This document shows, one piece after another, positions 1 to 7,020 of a stretch of 28,291 nucleotides of DNA. The stretch is from a virus (taxonomy: Duplodnaviria; Caudoviricetes), in IMG/VR virus record IMGVR_UViG_3300007985_000050, positions 1-28,291 of that record; one strand, written 5' to 3'. A program made the position numbers and the translations under genes. The notes beneath the pieces were generated by a model. That model did no database searches, was not told the origin of the DNA, and saw only the letters and a list, made by a program, of their open reading frames with translations. Each line of letters opens with the position of its first letter. The stretch's first letter is position 1.

Positions 1-179
1 CAGAATGGGGAAGAAAGATGAGAATTATTCTCAGGAAATGGTGCAGAATGGGGAAGAAAGATGAGAATTATTCTCAGAAAATGGTGCAGAATGGGGAAGA
101 AAGGTGAGAATTATTCTCAGAAAATGGAGCAGAATGGGGAAGAAAGGTGAGAATTATTCTCAGAAAATGGAGCAGAATG
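1..179. repeat. 43-bp tandem repeat (4 full copies + 7 bp, runs off the window start); each unit contains the palindrome TGAGAAT-T-ATTCTCA
   Basis: Units start at 1, 44, 87, 130, 173: CAGAATGGGGAAGAAAGRTGAGAATTATTCTCAGRAAATGGWG, with three variable positions. Confidence 0.97.
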
Positions 180-343
180 CAAATTCTTCACAAAATAAGT
201 AAGCCTTCCTTACCCATTCCTGTCAACCTCTTTTCATTCATCTTTAAGAATTGTTTCAGGTTGGCAGAAAAATATTATACTTCAAACTCCCCTAAAAAAA
301 GTACAAAATACTTCTAAAAAGGGGCATTTTTTCATAATCTTTA

Positions 344-372
344 TAGACAAATAAGATAAATAATATTATAGT
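344..372 (+). promoter_or_regulatory. Putative sigma70-type promoter
   Basis: TAGACA (344-349), 17-nt spacer, TATAGT (367-372), upstream of ORF 408. Spacer resembles that of the promoter at 3884. Confidence 0.6.
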
Positions 373-407
373 AAATAAATATTATAGAACAACAAAAGGA
401 GAAACAA

Positions 408-656
408 ATGAATATAACCTGGAATGATTGGGTAGAAGAAACAACTCATATTAAAAAAATGAACAAAAAAAATATAGATGGATATATTATAGAAGAAACA
501 AATGAAACCATAAATGATATTGTAATAAAAACAGACAAGTTTATAACACCAAACAAAAGAACATATATAATAAAACAAACATTTAAATACTTTAAGCCAA
601 AAAATAAAAAGGATTGGTTATTATTACCAATAGAAAAACAATGCTGGGTTGAATAG
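408..656 (+). CDS. Hypothetical protein, 82 aa
   Basis: AAAGGAG SD before ATG, promoter upstream, terminator downstream; no recognisable motif. Confidence 0.75.
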   Translation: MNITWNDWVEETTHIKKMNKKNIDGYIIEETNETINDIVIKTDKFITPNKRTYIIKQTFKYFKPKNKKDWLLLPIEKQCWVE

Positions 657-734
657 TTATTATATTGGTTGAGGTGATTTTAAAAGCACACATATCATCA
701 ATAATAGAACTCACATACACACCATTGAGTATTA

Positions 735-762
735 AAAAAAGCCCCAAAAAAGGGGCTTTTTT
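735..762. terminator. Bidirectional intrinsic terminator
   Basis: AAAAAAGCCCC-AAAAAA-GGGGCTTTTTT, a perfect inverted repeat with T-tracts on both strands. Confidence 0.75.
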
Positions 763-901
763 CACCATCATTATAGTAGACACTGGGGAAGGAAATATCA
801 AAAAATATGCTATTGATTTTATTGATAAATATCTGGGGTTTTTCTGCTGTTTCATGGGTAAGGTGCAGTGCCCATCTTTCTCTGGCCTTAGGCCTTCCTT
901 C

Positions 902-986
902 ACTGGTCTTAACCTGACTGGACTTCACCTGACTGGTCTTAACCTGACTGGACTTCACCTGACTGGTCTTAACCTGACTGGACTTC
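902..986. repeat. 15-bp tandem repeat, about 5.7 copies, alternating A/B units (30-bp period)
   Basis: ACTGGTCTTAACCTG (902, 932, 962) alternates with ACTGGACTTCACCTG (917, 947, partial at 977). Confidence 0.95.
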
Positions 987-1013
987 CCATCAACTCACTG
1001 GGCTGAAAGCCCT

Positions 1014-1272
1014 ATGCTGACAATGTTGACAATGTTGACAGGGGTACTTTTTATTTTTATTTATAACTTGAGTGATTGAGTGATTTATTAATAACCCATT
1101 GAAATATATATAAAAATAAAAATATACAATTTTATCTTATATAAGAAAAAAATGTCTGCATGAGTTAGGGTGTCAACATTGTCAACATTGTCAACATATG
1201 GTAAATATCTATATAAATCAACAACTTACTATGCTGACAATGTTGACACCACCTGTCAGCATATGTCAGCAT
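1014..1272. promoter_or_regulatory. Putative replication origin: ten 9-bp iterons ATGYTGACA, an AT-rich core and an IHF site
   Basis: Forward copies at 1014, 1023, 1032, 1231, 1240; reverse copies at 1171, 1180, 1189, 1254, 1264. AT-rich core about 1047-1152. AATCAA-CAAC-TTA at 1216-1228 matches the IHF consensus WATCAANNNNTTR. Lies directly upstream of the primase. Confidence 0.8.
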
Positions 1273-1388
1273 ATAAATTACAAAAAATGGGTTATTTTTA
1301 ACCCTAAATTAGAAACAAACATAAATAGTATTGTAGGTAAACTACAAAGCAGTAAAAGCTTTATTTTACAAAAGAAAGGAAATTACAA

Positions 1389-2351
1389 ATGATGTATTCA
1401 TTTATGACCAGCTTTTATTCTAAAAAAGCAAACAGATGGTTACCAAGTCCCAAAATAGAGAATGTCACAACAAATGGCTGGATTGGCTTTGTATGTGACA
1501 TGTTAGAAGAAGCAACCCTATCTTATCCAGAAAAAACAGTTGCACCATTAATTAGCCCAGCATTTTATAACACAACATTATACAGAAAAAATGAAAATGT
1601 TTCTGGATGGAGTTTTATTTGTTTGGACTTTGATGGTGGAGTATCATATTTGGATATCATTAACACTTATTTCTTAGAACCCAAAGAAAACATTTCATTT
1701 TTTGCTTATCATACAGCATCAAGCACCCCTGAACTGGAAAAATTTAGAATCATTATTCCTGTTGACAGAGTAATACAACCTTTGGAAATACCGGATGTAT
1801 GGCATGGTGTATATACTTTATTCAACCAACAAACTGATAAACAATGTTCTGACATGAGCAGAGGATATTATGTTCCTTGGGGATATGATATTTCAAAATT
1901 AGAAACTTTAGTATTTGGTGACAAAAACATTTATTCATTAAAAGGAAATAACAGAATAACTTTTAATATTGAAGGAAGCCCATTAAATGTGGATGGATTA
2001 CTTTTAATAAACCCCTTACCTAAATTAAGGCCTATTTCACCACCAACCAGCCAAATTACACAATTGAGATCAAAATTAACCCAAATAACAAAACAAAAAT
2101 TAGTTAAGTCTGATTGGCAAAAAGAATATTGGATGGCTGGTAATAAAATCAATGGAGGGTATCATAGAGAATTTTACAAATATCTATTAAAAATAGTTTT
2201 AAGAGCTAATTATTTTGGCATTGAATTAACAGAAAATGAATTAATAGAATTTGCCAGAGAATTGGATATAAAAGATCATGGTGGCCCTTATTATGATGAA
2301 CATGAATATAGAAGGCAAGCAAAAAATGCTCTATCAAAAGGAGCAAAATAA
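1389..2351 (+). CDS. AEP-superfamily primase/primase-polymerase with helical C-terminal domain
   Basis: LISPA..RKNENV..ICLDFDG (DxD motif I), YHTASS..KFRIIIP (motif II region), DKQCSDMSRGYYVP (motif III); AAGGA SD. Confidence 0.85.
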   Translation: MMYSFMTSFYSKKANRWLPSPKIENVTTNGWIGFVCDMLEEATLSYPEKTVAPLISPAFYNTTLYRKNENVSGWSFICLDFDGGVSYLDIINTYFLEPKENISFFAYHTASSTPELEKFRIIIPVDRVIQPLEIPDVWHGVYTLFNQQTDKQCSDMSRGYYVPWGYDISKLETLVFGDKNIYSLKGNNRITFNIEGSPLNVDGLLLINPLPKLRPISPPTSQITQLRSKLTQITKQKLVKSDWQKEYWMAGNKINGGYHREFYKYLLKIVLRANYFGIELTENELIEFARELDIKDHGGPYYDEHEYRRQAKNALSKGAK

Positions 2352-3727
2352 TGAAGGATATATTTATAGATGATGTTTTAGCTGTTCTTCCTGCAGATTT
2401 AACACAAGTAATTGAAGCAACACACAGTCACAAGGGGTTTGATAAAGAACATATTTTAACAACAGCATTGGCAGTAATAAATTTTGCTGCTCAAAGAACA
2501 CACAATGTTAACCCTGTTAGATTTTCACCTAAGCCCTTAAGTGAGTTTTTCATTATACTTCAAGAAAGAAGTGGTGGTAAAAGCAGTTTATGGAGTGATT
2601 TTTTATCACCTATTGAAAAAAACATACAGGATTTATCAGTTAGATATGCTAAAGAATTAGAATTTTATGACTATGAAATGGCCTTATATAATAAAGCCTT
2701 AAAAAAAGCAGATGATAACAGTATAATTCCTTCTAAACCCAAAAAACCCAATAAATATAATCCTTTTGTTCAAAATCCAACCTTAAATGGCATTATTAAA
2801 CATTTGGAACATACTTCTGTTGCTGGAGTGTTTACTCAAGAAGGTGCTATGCTGTTAAACTCACATGATACAAGGGGTGATTCAAGCAGCATTAGTTTTA
2901 CTACAGGGTTAGCAATGTTATGGAGTGCTGAACCCTTGCAAAAACAAACAGGATTAGAAGAAGTATATCTACCAGGTAGAAGATGTAATATGTTGGTTAT
3001 GGTACAAAAAGATTTAGCAAGTGATCTGTTTAGTAAAAATAACAAAGTTCAAGGATTATTTAGTAGATTCTTATTGGTGGATCACAAAAAATGGATTAGA
3101 AGAACTGAGGATGAAGCAGATGCTACAAGACAGGAATATAATCAAAAAATGACTGTTTTTCAACAAAAGCTACAAACTATGCTTAACAAATCTGTAAAGA
3201 CACAAGGCTTTGATAATAAAGAATTAATTTTAGAAGAAATAACCTTTTCTGCCTGTGCTGAGCCCCATAGAAAATCCTATTCCAATTTAATAACTGAACA
3301 AATCAATAATACACCTGACCATGAAAAAGGACTTGAAATAGAAATGTTGGGAAAAATATATGAACATGCTTGCAGGTTAGCTGGAACTATTGCAGTATAT
3401 TCTGGAAAAAACCAAATTGGTGTTGATGAATGGATGGCTGGAGTTATGTTAGCTCAATTTTATCAAACTAATTTAAAGTATTTGGTTGAACCACTAAATG
3501 GTGATGAACACATTGTTAATACTGCTGAAGATACAGTAATAGAATGGATAAAGAAAAATAGGAAAAAGGGTGATCAAATTTCTATGAGAGATTTAAAAAT
3601 GAATATAAGAATATTGAGAAAATTAACAGGCTCACAAATAGATGAATTATTTAAAAATTTAGAACTTGAAAAGTTAATTAAAACCAGTTTAGGTGCTAAA
3701 GGTGGAATTATAGTTGAAATATTATGA
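2351..3727 (+). CDS. DUF3987/YfjI-family AAA+ helicase-like replication protein
   Basis: PLSEFFIILQERSGGKSS (Walker A-like), NPTLNGI, GVFTQEG (Walker B-like), GRRCNMLVMVQ, GLFSRFL (Arg finger), C-terminal winged-helix-like tail; TAATG overlap with the primase. Confidence 0.85.
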   Translation: MKDIFIDDVLAVLPADLTQVIEATHSHKGFDKEHILTTALAVINFAAQRTHNVNPVRFSPKPLSEFFIILQERSGGKSSLWSDFLSPIEKNIQDLSVRYAKELEFYDYEMALYNKALKKADDNSIIPSKPKKPNKYNPFVQNPTLNGIIKHLEHTSVAGVFTQEGAMLLNSHDTRGDSSSISFTTGLAMLWSAEPLQKQTGLEEVYLPGRRCNMLVMVQKDLASDLFSKNNKVQGLFSRFLLVDHKKWIRRTEDEADATRQEYNQKMTVFQQKLQTMLNKSVKTQGFDNKELILEEITFSACAEPHRKSYSNLITEQINNTPDHEKGLEIEMLGKIYEHACRLAGTIAVYSGKNQIGVDEWMAGVMLAQFYQTNLKYLVEPLNGDEHIVNTAEDTVIEWIKKNRKKGDQISMRDLKMNIRILRKLTGSQIDELFKNLELEKLIKTSLGAKGGIIVEIL

Positions 3728-3739
3728 AAGGAATAAAAA

Positions 3740-3898
3740 ATGAGTTATGAAAAATGGCTAAAAGATAAATTTAATCTAACTGATGAAGAAATTTCAGAAG
3801 TTATACAATATGAAAAAGAAAAACAAGAAAGGATATTACAAAGAGATAAGGAAGCAAAAGAATACTTAGACTCAATTAATAAATTGACAAATAAATAA
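3740..3898 (+). CDS. Small hypothetical protein, 52 aa (MSYEKWLKDKFNLTDEEISE...), not in the ORF track
   Basis: GAAAGGA SD; fills the gap after the helicase; charged helical composition. Confidence 0.7.
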   Translation: MSYEKWLKDKFNLTDEEISEVIQYEKEKQERILQRDKEAKEYLDSINKLTNK

Positions 3899-3914
3899 TA
3901 ACCTATTATAAATA
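3884..3914 (+). promoter_or_regulatory. Near-consensus sigma70 promoter whose -10 overlaps a TATAAATA box
   Basis: TTGACA (3884-3889), 17 nt, TATAAA(TA) (3907-3914). Confidence 0.7.
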
Positions 3915-3917
3915 TGG

Positions 3918-3995
3918 AATACTTGTAGCAGAGTATTTGTTTCTATTATAATCCTTCAATGAAGGGCTGGGAAGTTAAATTCCTGGCCCTTTTTG
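3918..3995 (+). ncRNA. Candidate small RNA of about 78 nt
   Basis: Bounded by the promoter and a terminator, no SD-led ORF, 5' hairpin AATACT..AGTATT (3918-3937). Confidence 0.4.
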
Positions 3996-3998
3996 TTT
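3962..3998 (+). terminator. Intrinsic terminator
   Basis: AAGGGCTGGGAA-GTTAAA-TTCCTGGCCCTT stem (two G-U pairs) followed by TTTGTTT. Confidence 0.8.
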
Positions 3999-4042
3999 GT
4001 CATTTTTATAAAAAAAGATAAATAATAATAAAGGAGATTAAA

Positions 4043-4438
4043 ATGTATAAAATTACTAAAAAAGAACCAATTAAAAAAGATTTTACTTACAAATATTCAA
4101 ACAGCAGATTTTTAATTGATCATAGACATATATGGGGTGACATTGGTGAAGAAATTTCATTATATTATTACAATGCTAATATTGATGATGTTGAAGAAAT
4201 AAAAACTATTGAACATTTTGAACCCATATATGTTATTAAAGGCAAAGGCATTCCCAAAGAAGAAATAAACAACAGTCATTATCATTACAATAAATTATTG
4301 GACACACTAATTTATGATGAAATGGGTAAATTTTCTATTCATAATTCAATTTTATACATATATCCCCAACATATTTTATATTTGAAATTAAAATATGGAG
4401 AATTATTTAATGAAGTTGAAGTTGAGGAAATAACATAA
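4043..4438 (+). CDS. Hypothetical protein, 131 aa
   Basis: AAAGGAG SD preceded by an ATAAATAATAATAA cassette. Confidence 0.8.
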   Translation: MYKITKKEPIKKDFTYKYSNSRFLIDHRHIWGDIGEEISLYYYNANIDDVEEIKTIEHFEPIYVIKGKGIPKEEINNSHYHYNKLLDTLIYDEMGKFSIHNSILYIYPQHILYLKLKYGELFNEVEVEEIT

Positions 4439-4462
4439 ATAATAATAAAGAAGGAGAAGTAA

Positions 4463-4768
4463 ATGAAAAAAACCGGAACATCCAGTCCAAAAACACTAAC
4501 TGATGAAGAAAGACTGAGAAGAAGTATCCATGCCAAAAAATTGGGTGATGCCAACAAAGGATTAAAAAGAAGTGAAGAAACAAAACAGAAAATGAGATTT
4601 GCTCATCTGGGTAATTTTCAAGATGAAGAATGGAAAGAAAAAAGAATATCTCAATTAAGAGGTAGAATTGTTTCAGAAGAAACTGTAGCAAAAAGAAAAA
4701 AGACTTTAATGGAGAAATATGGTACAACCAATATACATCAAATTAAAAAAATAAAGGAAAATTTATGA
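4463..4768 (+). CDS. NUMOD3-repeat DNA-binding protein without a nuclease domain
   Basis: KGLKRSEETKQKMRFAHLG and RGRIVSEETVAKRKKTLMEKYG resemble NUMOD3 motifs of GIY-YIG/HNH homing endonucleases; AAGGAG SD. Confidence 0.75.
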   Translation: MKKTGTSSPKTLTDEERLRRSIHAKKLGDANKGLKRSEETKQKMRFAHLGNFQDEEWKEKRISQLRGRIVSEETVAKRKKTLMEKYGTTNIHQIKKIKENL

Positions 4769-5079
4769 ATAAAAAATTACTATTACAAATGCTGGATGAA
4801 GCAATGGTTTCAAGAAAAACTATAGCTCATACTGACACTACAGGAAAATATCAAATAATACATCAATTGTTTGTTGATGTGTATGATGATTATCCCCTGC
4901 CATTTAGACTAAATTATTATGTGTTAATTGGGGGACAAGAATATCCCATTTATACATCAAAATATGCTGGTAAGATAAATAATAATAAGGAGATAACTGT
5001 TGACTCTTTTAAGGAATGGGAAGTAAATGGTATTGAATACAGCAAATGGAACTTGTATAACAGAGGAATTATTTTATAA
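4765..5079 (+). CDS. Hypothetical protein, 104 aa
   Basis: ATGA overlap with the upstream gene; AAGGA SD. Confidence 0.75.
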   Translation: MNKKLLLQMLDEAMVSRKTIAHTDTTGKYQIIHQLFVDVYDDYPLPFRLNYYVLIGGQEYPIYTSKYAGKINNNKEITVDSFKEWEVNGIEYSKWNLYNRGIIL

Positions 5080-5171
5080 AGACTATGTTGTTTTGAGAAG
5101 AATTTCAAATAAAGAGAAAATACAAATGGAGAAGTATATGAAATATGGGTTTTTAAACATAGTATGGAGTA

Positions 5172-5708
5172 ATGATGAATTTACCTGGATTAGTACACCA
5201 GGCAGCATCTTACCAGTTGACAGATCAAGAATTGAAAATTGTGTATCAGAATACAATAGATCAATTAGGGGGCTTCAGCCATGGCAAAAGAGATGCAGCT
5301 TTGGGAGATAACAATAATTATTTTAACAGAATATTTTCCGGCAATGTTGGTGAATATGTAATAGAACAAACTACAGATTTAATAAAAATACCATCAGTAA
5401 AAAAAGCACCTGATTTTATGTTAGCCAATATACCAAACTTGTTTTTTCAAGTAAAAACACATACAGTGAAAAAATGGCCATTAAAGCCCTGTTTTCATTG
5501 GTATATTGAAACTACAGATGATGTGTTTTTTTATGAATATCATTTTGTTGTTCCTCTACTCTATGTTGAGGATATTAAAACAGTTTTTGTTCCTGGCTTT
5601 TTAGAACCAGATGATATTTATCCTGTATTGGGGGCTGGATTACCCAATAAACCCAGCAAAAAAAGATTTAATTGGAGTGACATATGTGCAAAGATAATCC
5701 CCCTATAA
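5172..5708 (+). CDS. PD-(D/E)xK restriction-endonuclease-fold protein
   Basis: GNVGEYVIE ... APDFML ... FQVKT matches the E..PD..(Q/E)xK catalytic pattern; GGAG SD (start 5172 or 5175). Confidence 0.65.
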   Translation: MMNLPGLVHQAASYQLTDQELKIVYQNTIDQLGGFSHGKRDAALGDNNNYFNRIFSGNVGEYVIEQTTDLIKIPSVKKAPDFMLANIPNLFFQVKTHTVKKWPLKPCFHWYIETTDDVFFYEYHFVVPLLYVEDIKTVFVPGFLEPDDIYPVLGAGLPNKPSKKRFNWSDICAKIIPL

Positions 5709-6133
5709 AGAAAAAATACTTACCAAAATGGAAGAGACCTGGTGAAGAACCCAGACTACAACAAGCCAAAGCACCATTCAAGAGATTAACAAGACATAAT
5801 TTTATAGCTGGTAGCAGATACAACCCAGAACAGAGAGCAAAGAGATTCTTTGGTAAACCAGAAGATGTAGCAGAAATGAAAAAACTATTTTGGTCTCAGA
5901 GGGAAAAAAGTTTAGCAAGAGCCATAAAAAGAAGTAAGAGAACCAGACCACCCCAATATAATCATCAAAGTGTAAAATTAAATTGGAGAGATGTAGTAAA
6001 AATAAAGGATTTATTGAGAGAGGGTAATTTAACAATGAGGAAGATTGCCAAACTATATGATATTAGTCATACTACCATCTGGAAAATAAAACACAATTTA
6101 TTATGGACTGAAATTGGAGAAAATTTAATATGA
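5684..6133 (+). CDS. Basic protein with a C-terminal helix-turn-helix (homing-endonuclease type)
   Basis: KLNWRDVVKIK..LTMRKIAKLYDISHTTIWKIKHNLLW; GGAG SD; no HNH motif seen. Confidence 0.7.
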   Translation: MCKDNPPIKKKYLPKWKRPGEEPRLQQAKAPFKRLTRHNFIAGSRYNPEQRAKRFFGKPEDVAEMKKLFWSQREKSLARAIKRSKRTRPPQYNHQSVKLNWRDVVKIKDLLREGNLTMRKIAKLYDISHTTIWKIKHNLLWTEIGENLI

Positions 6134-6534
6134 GAGGCAGTTGGGGTGGCATTAAAACTTTACCATTAGTTCCCCTAAAAAAGGTACAAACTACTTCTGG
6201 TAAAAAAGCCAAAGGCAGAGCATTGGTAATTTATGTTAAGCAGAGACTACTTCATTATTTTGGATTTGACTCAGATGACATAATATTGCCCAGTGTTAGT
6301 GCACCAGGTGAAGATTTAAAGTTTTCCAGTTCAGTTAGAGCAGTTTTTCCTTATTCTGTTGAATGTAAGAATCAGGAAATCAGCAAAGCACTTTATGATT
6401 GGTATGATCAAGCTAAATCAAATGCTGGTAATTATGAACCCATTGTAGTGCTAAAAAGAAGTAGACAAAAACCACTTGTATTGGTTGATTTAGACCATTT
6501 TTTAAGTGTAGTAAAAGGAAATGAAAATGAGTGA
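6130..6534 (+). CDS. Putative Holliday junction resolvase (T5 D14-like, PD-(D/E)xK fold)
   Basis: KAKGR .. GEDL .. FPYSVECKNQE .. QAKSN..YEPIVVLKRSRQKPLVLVDLDHF. Confidence 0.85.
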   Translation: MRGSWGGIKTLPLVPLKKVQTTSGKKAKGRALVIYVKQRLLHYFGFDSDDIILPSVSAPGEDLKFSSSVRAVFPYSVECKNQEISKALYDWYDQAKSNAGNYEPIVVLKRSRQKPLVLVDLDHFLSVVKGNENE

Positions 6535-6640
6535 AAATGAAAAGATTGCCCAAGCTCTTATTGAGATAAGGTATGTGTTGTTTGACATAAAAGAATTATT
6601 GGAAGAAATAAATGAAAAATTAGGAGAAAAAGATGTTTGA
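6527..6640 (+). CDS. 37-aa coiled-coil peptide (MSENEKIAQALIEIRYVLFDIKELLEEINEKLGEKDV)
   Basis: AAAGGA SD; overlaps both neighbours; heptad pattern. Confidence 0.6.
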   Translation: MSENEKIAQALIEIRYVLFDIKELLEEINEKLGEKDV

Positions 6641-6686
6641 AGTTTTAGTGATAATATTGTTGCTTTGTATTTTAATCAAAATATAA
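6633..6686 (+). CDS. 17-aa hydrophobic micropeptide (MFEVLVIILLLCILIKI)
   Basis: AGGAG SD 6 nt upstream; fills the gap exactly. Confidence 0.5.
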   Translation: MFEVLVIILLLCILIKI

Positions 6687-6714
6687 ATACTGTTTTAACC
6701 TTAGGAGGCCACCT

Positions 6715-6876
6715 ATGAATACTGTAATTAATTTCTTTAAATCCAATAAAATTGTCACCCTAATTGGTGCAGTTGTAATTGCTGCTATTGCTTATTTTGT
6801 TCCTGGTTCAGAAGAATTGGCAGACAAGATATTGGATAATGTTCCTGGTGCTGTAGTTGAGCAACCAGCTGAATGA
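6715..6876 (+). CDS. 53-aa single-pass membrane protein (possible holin/lysis accessory)
   Basis: AGGAGG SD; TATAAATA at 6682; hydrophobic stretch IVTLIGAVVIAAIAYFVP followed by an acidic tail. Confidence 0.75.
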   Translation: MNTVINFFKSNKIVTLIGAVVIAAIAYFVPGSEELADKILDNVPGAVVEQPAE

Positions 6877-7009
6877 CATTAAAAACTTCCTTGAAAGCAC
6901 AATAATATACTTAAACAAGGAAGAAGAGAAAGTAGTCAAACAACTAATTGATATGATTGACATATATAATAAAAAACAACAGATAAAAGCTAAAATGAGG
7001 GGGAAGTAA
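6857..7009 (+). CDS. Possible 50-aa coiled-coil protein (TTG start)
   Basis: Open frame LSNQLNDIKNFLES...KAKMRGK ends in the terminator loop; weak SD. Confidence 0.4.
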   Translation: MSNQLNDIKNFLESTIIYLNKEEEKVVKQLIDMIDIYNKKQQIKAKMRGK

Positions 7010-7020
7010 TTTCCCCTCAT
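6985..7020 (-). terminator. Terminator hairpin at the convergence of + and - strand operons
   Basis: ATGAGGGGGAA-GTAA-TTTCCCCTCAT (6995-7020); followed by TTTAGCTTTT on the - strand; contains both stop codons. Confidence 0.75.

Noticed and set aside
1-179. CRISPR array
   Set aside because: The segments between palindromes are near-identical rather than unique spacers, and there are no cas genes.
592-1006. ORFs 665-1006(+), 592-903(-), 698-958(-)
   Set aside because: No SD; they cross a terminator and/or are kept open by the 15-bp repeat.
1198-1392. 64-aa ORF
   Set aside because: Runs through the iterons (MLTMLT) and has no SD; better explained as origin DNA.
5027-5311. 94-aa ORF as a confident gene
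   Set aside because: Overlaps both neighbours, including 140 nt of the motif-bearing nuclease. A GGAG before ATG 5138 leaves it possible, so it is only mentioned in a finding.
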